A stretch of 64,000 bases of DNA, from the IMG/VR virus record IMGVR_UViG_3300021057_000274, positions 325,332 through 389,331 of that record. One strand, written 5' to 3'. Of the stretch, positions 47,272 to 52,803 are shown one piece after another. The notes under the pieces are model-generated. The model had not been told where the DNA came from, ran no database searches, and was given only the letters and a program-made list of their open reading frames with translations. A program made the translations under genes and the position numbers. The stretch's first letter is position 1. Each line of letters starts with the position of its first letter.

Positions 47272-47337
47272 ATGACGAACGTCCTATCACTTAGCTTGAG
47301 CTGGTCCCTGTCCTCGTATCTCGGGGAGAGGCCCTAG
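47272..47337 (+). CDS. attenuator leader peptide MTNVLSLSLSWSLSSYLGERP
   Basis: Codons 5-18 CTA TCA CTT AGC TTG AGC TGG TCC CTG TCC TCG TAT CTC GGG match downstream tRNA anticodons; stop lies in the antiterminator strand. Confidence 0.85.
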   Translation: MTNVLSLSLSWSLSSYLGERP

Positions 47338-47386
47338 TCTCTATGTGATCTGACGAAAAGTCGACAGATTCTAGACCTAGGGCCTC
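47328..47386 (+). promoter_or_regulatory. antiterminator helix
   Basis: GAGGCCCTAGTCT (47328-40) pairs with AGA(C)CTAGGGCCTC (47373-86); inner ATCTG/CAGAT hairpin. Confidence 0.8.
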
Positions 47387-47409
47387 CAAGTGAGGCCCTA
47401 GTCGTTTTT
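47377..47409 (+). terminator. attenuator terminator
   Basis: CTAGGGCCTC-CAAGT-GAGGCCCTAG 10-bp stem plus TCGTTTTT. Confidence 0.82.
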
Positions 47410-47445
47410 GCAACGCGCTCTTTTACAATTCGGAAGCAGTACCTT

Positions 47446-47532
47446 GCCAGACTGGCGGAATCGGCAGACGCGCTAGTCTCAAAAATTAGTACCCGTGAGG
47501 GTGTCCCGGTTCGAGCCCGGGGTCTGGCACCA
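47446..47532 (+). tRNA. tRNA-Leu(CAA)
   Basis: GCCAGAC/GTCTGGC acceptor, CT-CAA-AA loop, long V arm, TTCGAG, CCA. Confidence 0.92.
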
Positions 47533-47533
47533 A

Positions 47534-47621
47534 GGATGGTTGGCAGAGTGGCCAATTGCACCTGGCTGTAAACCAGGCGCCCTGACGGGCTTCGGTGGTT
47601 CAAATCCATCACCATCCACCA
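47534..47621 (+). tRNA. tRNA-Tyr(GTA)
   Basis: CCTGG-CTGTAAA-CCAGG, long V arm, TTCAAAT, CCA. Confidence 0.93.
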
Positions 47622-47626
47622 ACATT

Positions 47627-47718
47627 GGGTCTGGTCATAAGGACGGGTGGTCCTGTCAGGAGCCTGTAAAGCTCTTCCTCAGCGAGGCACGGAGTTCGAT
47701 TCTACCCCAGACCCACCA
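47627..47718 (+). tRNA. atypical tRNA-Tyr(GTA), 8-bp acceptor
   Basis: GGGTCTGG/CCAGACCC, GGAGC-CTGTAAA-GCTCT, enlarged D arm, short bulged T stem, CCA. Confidence 0.7.
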
Positions 47719-47722
47719 AATT

Positions 47723-47812
47723 GGAGAGTGAACCGCACGGGGTGTGGCACTGCCTGGAAAGCAGTCGGGCTGGCGTAAGCTGGTCGCGGGTCGGGACCGC
47801 CGCTCTCCTCCA
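47723..47812 (+). tRNA. tRNA-Ser(GGA), 8/4 fold
   Basis: GGAGAGTG/CGCTCTCC, 6-bp D stem, ACTGC-CTGGAAA-GCAGT, GCGG/CCGC T stem, CCA. Confidence 0.85.
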
Positions 47813-47830
47813 AGTTGTAGAAGTAACGCT

Positions 47831-47919
47831 GCCCTCGTGGACAAATTGGTAAAGTTGCCAGGCTCAGAACCTGGAGCCGCGAAAGCGTATTGTCGGTTCG
47901 ACTCCGACCGAGGGCACCA
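47831..47919 (+). tRNA. tRNA-Leu(CAG)
   Basis: CCAGG-CTCAGAA-CCTGG, long V arm, TTCGACT, CCA. Confidence 0.92.
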
Positions 47920-47927
47920 ACACGAGA

Positions 47928-48010
47928 CCCCTCGTGGCAAATGGAAATTGGTACACCTACTAGATCGAGAGTCTAGGCTTTTCTCGGTTCGAATCCGAGC
48001 GAGGGGACCA
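47928..48010 (+). tRNA. atypical tRNA-Leu(GAG): short V arm, C33
   Basis: CCCCTCG/CGAGGGG, CTAGA-TCGAGAG-TCTAG, TTCGAAT, CCA. Confidence 0.65.
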
Positions 48011-48014
48011 GCAT

Positions 48015-48107
48015 GGAAGACGAACCGAGAAGGTCTCGGACTCGCCTTGAAAGCGATGGGATCGCGGCCAACCCGTGATTGGGGATCATCTCCTCCGTCT
48101 TCCGCCA
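48015..48107 (+). tRNA. tRNA-Ser(TGA), 8/4 fold
   Basis: GGAAGACG/CGTCTTCC, CCGAGA-AGG-TCTCGG D arm, CT-TGA-AA loop, T loop ATCATCT, GCCA. Confidence 0.82.
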
Positions 48108-48111
48108 GTAT

Positions 48112-48195
48112 GCGAGCGTGGTGGAATGGTATACACACGTGCCTTAGGAGCACGTGCCGCAAGGTATGTGGGTTCGACTCCCACCGCTCGCACCA
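48112..48195 (+). tRNA. tRNA-Leu(TAG)
   Basis: CGTGC-CTTAGGA-GCACG, TTCGACT, CCA. Confidence 0.93.
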
Positions 48196-48206
48196 AAGGA
48201 GACGAC

Positions 48207-48404
48207 ATGAACCTCAAGTCTAGAGAAGCAGGTGAGCTGATCCAGGGCATCCAGGTAAACGAGTCTCGCAGGGTGAAGTACTCGTCCTGGTACCACGCGA
48301 TCGCTCGAAACAGAGGAATCACGATCAGGACGAGGAGGGTGAGCGATGACGAGATCATCGTCACCCGGATCGAACCCAAGGATGACGAACTAGTCAGGGA
48401 CTAG
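48207..48404 (+). CDS. small protein inside tRNA cluster
   Basis: AAAGGAG SD; 65 aa; 3' end overlaps tRNA-Ser(CGA). Confidence 0.6.
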   Translation: MNLKSREAGELIQGIQVNESRRVKYSSWYHAIARNRGITIRTRRVSDDEIIVTRIEPKDDELVRD

Positions 48405-48467
48405 CGCTGCCTCGAAAGCAGATGGACTCGGAAACGGGCTGGGGGTCGGGACCTCCGTCATCCGCCA
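48380..48467 (+). tRNA. tRNA-Ser(CGA), 8/4 fold
   Basis: GGATGACG/CGTCATCC, CTAGTC-AGG-GACTAG, CT-CGA-AA loop, GCCA. Confidence 0.85.
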
Positions 48468-48573
48468 AGGAAGCAAGCAGGCGCTGGCAACGGCGTTTGG
48501 AGACTCATGACCTTTTTGACGTAGCTTTTGCATGCTGCATCAGACGAGCGACCTCTACTTAGGAGCCTTTATC

Positions 48574-48847
48574 ATGAACGACACCGAGCTGCTGAACGCG
48601 ATCAACAAGTACAGGTTGCATCCGCTCCCCTCAAGCTTTCTGGGTGGGGAGTACTGGAGGTGTCTTTGGACACCCTCGAGTTCCAGCACCAGCTGAGGGA
48701 TTTCCGAACAAAACGAGAAGCGTCGAGGTAGTCGGGTTCGGACGAACGGTCAGAGCAGCCGTTCGTGACTGTGTCGAGAAGATGAGAGCGACGATCGCCG
48801 ACGGAGGTAGGATGGCGATGTTCGACGGCACTGACGATGGAGAGTGA
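48574..48847 (+). pseudogene. split small gene (+1 frameshift at CCC-T 48673-76); pseudogene or programmed frameshift
   Basis: AGGAG SD; MNDTELLNAINKY... stops at 48696; the +1 frame continues ...GRTVRAAVRDCVEKM to 48847. Confidence 0.45.
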
Positions 48848-48934
48848 ACCGGGGAGGCCCTGGGACCGCCTGCTAAGCGGATCGTCTGGGAGCGCGAGCT
48901 CTTGGATGCGGATCGAGACCGCCGCTCTCCGCCA
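48839..48934 (+). tRNA. tRNA-Ser(GCT), 8/4 fold
   Basis: GGAGAGTG/CGCTCTCC, CCGGGG-AGG-CCCTGG, CT-GCT-AA loop, GCGG-ATCGAGA-CCGC, GCCA. Confidence 0.85.
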
Positions 48935-49046
48935 GAGCAAGGTGAAATTTCGCGGCGAGAACCAAAGAGCGTGACCGGCTGCTACCGGGCTACGCATCGA
49001 ATCGCGGTAACGAGGATCCTAGCAGGGAATTCCCTCACCTTGCTCT
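48934..49046 (+). ncRNA. unidentified structured RNA
   Basis: 12-bp terminal stem AGAGCAAGGTGA/TCACCTTGCTCT filling the gap between two tRNAs. Confidence 0.5.
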
Positions 49047-49051
49047 ACCTT

Positions 49052-49138
49052 GCCTGCGTGGCGGAACTGGTATACGCGCAACGTTGAGAGCGTTGTTCCC
49101 TAACGGGATTGAGGGTTCGAGTCCCTCCGTAGGCACCA
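49052..49138 (+). tRNA. tRNA-Leu(GAG)
   Basis: CAACG-TTGAGAG-CGTTG, long V arm, TTCGAGT, CCA. Confidence 0.93.
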
Positions 49139-49145
49139 AGACGGA

Positions 49146-49241
49146 TGAGTGGGGGAATGGGCAATCCCTGGGTTAATCCCTGTGCGAGTCATGTCGCGCT
49201 GCCTGCCAGTAGGTGGAATTGTAGGTTCGAGTCCTATCTCA
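49146..49241 (+). ncRNA. degenerate or multi-arm tRNA-like element
   Basis: Canonical T arm GTAGG-TTCGAGT-CCTAT, D-like arm, three internal hairpins, weak acceptor, no CCA. Confidence 0.4.
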
Positions 49242-49269
49242 GAAAGTACTGGCCGCATCGTCTTATCTC

Positions 49270-49343
49270 GGGTCGTTGGTGTAGTGGCAGCACAGGAGCC
49301 TCCAAAACTCTTAGTCAGGGTTCGATTCCTTGACGACCCGCCA
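49270..49343 (+). tRNA. tRNA-Trp(CCA)
   Basis: GGGTCGT/ACGACCC, CT-CCA-AA loop, TTCGATT, GCCA. Confidence 0.88.
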
Positions 49344-49405
49344 GCTGTGTCCAGTGCTAAAATACATCGGTACCGCAACGGGCGAAGGGTACCGAGCAGT
49401 TCAGT

Positions 49406-49480
49406 AGGGGATTGGTGTAGTGGTAACTACGCGGAGCTCCAAACTCCGAGTCGGGGGTTCGATTCCCTCATCCCTTGCCA
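49406..49480 (+). tRNA. tRNA-Trp(CCA), second copy
   Basis: AGGGGAT/ATCCCTT, CGGAG-CTCCAAA-CTCCG, GCCA. Confidence 0.9.
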
Positions 49481-49481
49481 A

Positions 49482-49599
49482 GCACATCACGATGGTGGCG
49501 AGTCGTCCCAGCTCGTCTGGGCGCAGCCGAGGTGAGATTCCTCGGTGGCATTTCCGGTTGTAGCCCACCCGCTCGCGCCAAACCGGCTAGGTGATGTGT
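49482..49599 (+). ncRNA. unidentified structured RNA
   Basis: CACATCAC/GTGATGTG closing stem; internal CCCAG/CTGGG and CCGAGG/CCTCGG hairpins. Confidence 0.45.
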
Positions 49600-49605
49600 G
49601 GTTCT

Positions 49606-49684
49606 GGGTCGGCAGCTCTTGGCAACTGCGTGGGACCCTTCCCAAGGGAAACGCGACGAGGGTTCGATTCCCTTCCGATCCACC
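49606..49684 (+). tRNA. atypical tRNA-Gly(CCC)
   Basis: GGGTCGG/CCGATCC acceptor, CCC-TTCCCAA-GGG anticodon arm on an extended GCGT/ACGC stem, GAGGG-TTCGATT-CCCTT. Confidence 0.55.
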
Positions 49685-49903
49685 GGGGCAGAAGGCCGAA
49701 GGAAGGCCACTTGTAAAACACGGACGAGCTCCAGTAAAATGGGCGTCTCCATCAAGAACGTCGTCGAGTACGGTTAACAGATTGCACCGGGCGAAGCTCC
49801 TGCCAAGGGGTTAGCAGGGAAGCAGGTTTCCAACGGCGGCGTTGCCTGAAGTAATGACTCAGGTCGGAGGCGTTTGCGGGTTCGACTCCCGCCTGCCCTA
49901 CCA
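49685..49903 (+). ncRNA. 219-nt tRNA-like RNA (acceptor + T arm + CCA with a large structured insert)
   Basis: GGGGCAG/CTGCCCT-ACCA; GCGGG-TTCGACT-CCCGC; 49741-50 pairs with 49866-75; 49757-66 pairs with 49834-43. Confidence 0.6.
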
Positions 49904-49924
49904 GAGGTACTGCTTTCGAATCAC

Positions 49925-50007
49925 GCCGGCGTGGCTAGGACAAATTGGGACAGTCACTGGGCTTAAACCCCAGGCTCGTGAGGGTTCGAATCCCTCCGTC
50001 GGCACCA
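49925..50007 (+). tRNA. atypical tRNA-Leu(TAA): short V arm
   Basis: GCCGGCG/CGTCGGC, CTGGG-CTTAAAC-CCCAG, TTCGAAT, ACCA. Confidence 0.8.
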
Positions 50008-50014
50008 CAAAAGT

Positions 50015-50020
50015 TAAATA
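50015..50020 (+). promoter_or_regulatory. T4-late-like promoter
   Basis: TAAATA 4 nt before GTG 50025. Confidence 0.6.
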
Positions 50021-50024
50021 GGCG

Positions 50025-50939
50025 GTGAGCTCCTTCCGCCAATTTCTTCTTGAAGCCAAGTCCGTCAAGGACTATCGGCACGAGGATCGCTTCGACGACC
50101 TCGCCTACTGGCCCCGCAGAGAAGATCCTCAATTCATGGCGCCCTCCGAGGGATTTCATTTTACCTATCACAAGGGTGATCTCATCCTCCACAGCACCGA
50201 CAATGCGGTCTATTCGAGCGTCGTCGCGACCGGTCAGATCGAGGCTAAGCGGGCCGGCAAGATCAAGGACTACAAGATGGACTCCAGCCTCTGGAATCAC
50301 TTCGGCGGCAAGGTCGACCTCAAGAACAAGGTCATCACCGTGAGCAAGGAGTCTGTTGGTGACAAGATGCGCCAGCGCTCGATCAACGACGTCAAGGACA
50401 TCCAGGCCGCGTTCAAGAACCTCCGCAAGTATGGCGTCACGGACGACTTCAAGCTCAAGGGTGTCCCGTCTCCATACAATGGAATGAAGATGGGCGACTT
50501 CCTCAAGCACCCCGACCCCGTTCAAACGATGATGGGAGGCGGCGGCCAAATCATGTATCACGGAACCTCGAAGAAGCGCTGGAACGAGAAGATCTCTCGA
50601 GAGGGTCTGCGTCCAGGAAACACGGGCGAGATCTACGTCGATCTTGTCAAGGGCTATTCTGAGGAGAACGTTTACCTCGCAACGACCGCCAAGGTCGCCG
50701 AGTTCTACGGCAAGCGTCAGGCCGAGAAGGATAACGATGATGGTTACGTCATCCTCAAGGTAGAGGTACCTGACTCCGCCAAGCTCCGCCCCGACGATCA
50801 CTTCGCGGTCTTTCTAACGAAGAACAAGGACAAGGAGCACGAGATGCAGAAGAGATCGGTTCAGGAGCTCGGCTCGCTAGCTTATAGAGGTAGGATCCCG
50901 GCGAGGTTCATCAAGATGCTCAGCGCCCGGAGAGCTTAG
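50025..50939 (+). CDS. late protein with capsid-targeting-like N-terminus and C-terminal ART/Tpt1-like domain
   Basis: MSSFRQFLLEA; MYHGTS....I..EGLRP...VYLATT...A..Y...VILKV...YRGRIP. Confidence 0.65.
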   Translation: MSSFRQFLLEAKSVKDYRHEDRFDDLAYWPRREDPQFMAPSEGFHFTYHKGDLILHSTDNAVYSSVVATGQIEAKRAGKIKDYKMDSSLWNHFGGKVDLKNKVITVSKESVGDKMRQRSINDVKDIQAAFKNLRKYGVTDDFKLKGVPSPYNGMKMGDFLKHPDPVQTMMGGGGQIMYHGTSKKRWNEKISREGLRPGNTGEIYVDLVKGYSEENVYLATTAKVAEFYGKRQAEKDNDDGYVILKVEVPDSAKLRPDDHFAVFLTKNKDKEHEMQKRSVQELGSLAYRGRIPARFIKMLSARRA

Positions 50940-51260
50940 AGCTTTTTCTCGCAGCTCTTGAACTTTAGCTACTCTAGCTGCGATGTTGTCGCCCTCCCGC
51001 TTCCAACCTAGAGCTCTCCGATAAGCTCCTAGCTTTCCGTTTCTCGCGAGCTGCTGTTCATCCACCTCGATCTCATGCGTAAATGGGGCTACGTAGATCG
51101 CGTCGACAGGACAATAGACCTCGCAGATGAAGCACGTTTGGCAATCTTCCTTCCTAGCGATGATCGGAATGGTCTTAGTCGTGTCGAAGACGTTGGTGGG
51201 GCACACCTTGACGCACTTGTCGCACGAGATGCACCGATCGGCGCTAAGTAATTCGATCAC
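50877..51260 (-). CDS. 2x[4Fe-4S] ferredoxin (AsfB/AprB-like)
   Basis: CISCDKCVKVCP and CQTCFICEVYCP. Confidence 0.9.
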   Translation of the reverse strand: MIELLSADRCISCDKCVKVCPTNVFDTTKTIPIIARKEDCQTCFICEVYCPVDAIYVAPFTHEIEVDEQQLARNGKLGAYRRALGWKREGDNIAARVAKVQELREKALSSPGAEHLDEPRRDPTSIS

Positions 51261-52707
51261 GACGTACCCAGATAGAATCTAACCCCCCGATGTTGATGTA
51301 GTCATGTTGGGCAGGATCCTGGTGCGGATGGTCGAGCCTGATGTGATATCCGCGCGTCTCCGTTCGCTCTAACGCGGCGGTGGCTCCCCAACGGGCCGCG
51401 ATGATCATCGCGGCGGCTTCACGAGATTTTACCGGAGCAGAGTGATCTGACCCGTTCCTTATCTGCTCCCAGAGGCCGTCAAAAATCCTCAGAGAGCTTA
51501 AGAGCTTTTCTCGGGTCCTGAACATGGTTTTATCTAGGGGAAGGATTTCAGCTTGTGTTGCTTTGATCACTCGGCGAGCGTCGAAGCTCGCGGATCCTAA
51601 CCCTGCCGCTGCGCGAGACGTAGCGTTGATGATCTGGCTGCGTTCACGAGCAAAGGATGCTGCTCCCCTCCCAGCTATGTTTCCGCTCCCGACGACCCAG
51701 GTCATGTAAGCCTCTGGAATCAGCCACGCGCCGACGACAGGCGTCCTGCACGCGACATCTCCTGCGGCGTAGAGCCCGATCGCTGTGGTCATGCACTCGT
51801 CGGTGACGTGGATACCTCCGCTCCCTCTCATGGTGCCCTCTAGGACGCAATCGATCTCCCACCACTCCGTGAAGGGGTCAATTCCGAGCTTCTCGAACAC
51901 GAGAAAGAGGTTAGGTTGCATGACCTTCATCACGCTGCGGAGGTGCGTCGGTGCCTTGTTGAGCTTACACCTCACTGGACCGCGTCTCAGCGCTTCTGCA
52001 ACTTCAAACTTCTCGGTTCTGGAGATCTCGCGCCCGTCGGCGTCAACGAAGGTGGCGTATTTGTAGTACAAGCCCTTCGTCATCGACGTTCCCTTCGGAG
52101 CGTAGCTGTAGAAGTTTCCAAACTCCATCCCCGACAGCTCAGCTCCGACCTCACTGGCCATCAAGAGCCCGTCGCCGGTGTTAGTGTTTCCCCCGAGGGT
52201 CGAGCTTAGCCAAGAGCATCCGCCTGTCGCTAGAACGGTCGCCTTCGCCTCCACCTCCCACGGCGTGAACTCTCGTTGAGATTGACGTCCGCGCGCGCCT
52301 GAAACTATTCCTGATTCATCGACGAGCAGCTCTAGAGCTGGCGAGTGATCTAAGATCTTGACACCCGACTTTAAGAGCTGACGTCGAAAGATCCGCATGA
52401 CCTCTAAGCTCTGGAGGTAACGATAGTGCTTGGTCCAGCTCTCTAGCTTATGCTCATTTTTAGCTACTTCGAGGATGATCTTGAATTGACGGTACTTTCG
52501 GGCGAGATATCCTCCGGCGGCGTCATACGGGGTGAATGACGAGATGCTTCTAGCGGTACCGCAAGACGCGGCAGCCATTGATCCGCTGGTGCTGACGAAG
52601 CCCTTATCAGCGATGACGACCTTGGCCCCGTGACTCAAGGCGGACAGGGCGGCCCAACATCCAGCAGGTCCTCCTCCCAGAATCAACACATCTGCTTGCA
52701 GCTTCAT
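51244..52707 (-). CDS. FAD-dependent oxidoreductase (AsfA/SdhA/AprA family)
   Basis: DVLILGGGPAG, VLATGG, NTGDG, GLYAAGD, RTETRG.H.R.D.P. Confidence 0.88.
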   Translation of the reverse strand: MKLQADVLILGGGPAGCWAALSALSHGAKVVIADKGFVSTSGSMAAASCGTARSISSFTPYDAAGGYLARKYRQFKIILEVAKNEHKLESWTKHYRYLQSLEVMRIFRRQLLKSGVKILDHSPALELLVDESGIVSGARGRQSQREFTPWEVEAKATVLATGGCSWLSSTLGGNTNTGDGLLMASEVGAELSGMEFGNFYSYAPKGTSMTKGLYYKYATFVDADGREISRTEKFEVAEALRRGPVRCKLNKAPTHLRSVMKVMQPNLFLVFEKLGIDPFTEWWEIDCVLEGTMRGSGGIHVTDECMTTAIGLYAAGDVACRTPVVGAWLIPEAYMTWVVGSGNIAGRGAASFARERSQIINATSRAAAGLGSASFDARRVIKATQAEILPLDKTMFRTREKLLSSLRIFDGLWEQIRNGSDHSAPVKSREAAAMIIAARWGATAALERTETRGYHIRLDHPHQDPAQHDYINIGGLDSIWVRRDRIT

Positions 52708-52712
52708 CACAA

Positions 52713-52718
52713 TATTTA
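52713..52718 (-). promoter_or_regulatory. T4-late-like promoter
   Basis: TAAATA on - strand 5 nt before ATG 52707. Confidence 0.6.
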
Positions 52719-52746
52719 TTTGGCCAAGGGAGGCACGTCCTGACTC

Positions 52747-52754
52747 TATAAATA
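52747..52754 (+). promoter_or_regulatory. T4 late promoter consensus
   Basis: Exact TATAAATA. Confidence 0.7.
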
Positions 52755-52803
52755 CCGAGAAGTTCTGGTGTGCACATACGCATATCTAGTCTCGGAGATC
52801 AGA

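Noticed and set aside
48015-48107. tRNA-Sec or opal suppressor
   Set aside because: Anticodon is TGA (reads TCA, Ser), not TCA; the Sec-like look comes from the 8-bp acceptor and 6-bp D stem shared by all four Ser tRNAs.
47334-49814. ORF-track proteins overlapping the tRNA cluster
   Set aside because: They run through tRNA genes and have no coding features; only 48207 and 48574 have SDs.
49685-49903. Canonical tmRNA (ssrA)
   Set aside because: No G3-U70 pair, no GGATTCGAC D-loop region, no Ala-Ala-ending tag and too short; kept only as a tRNA-like unknown.
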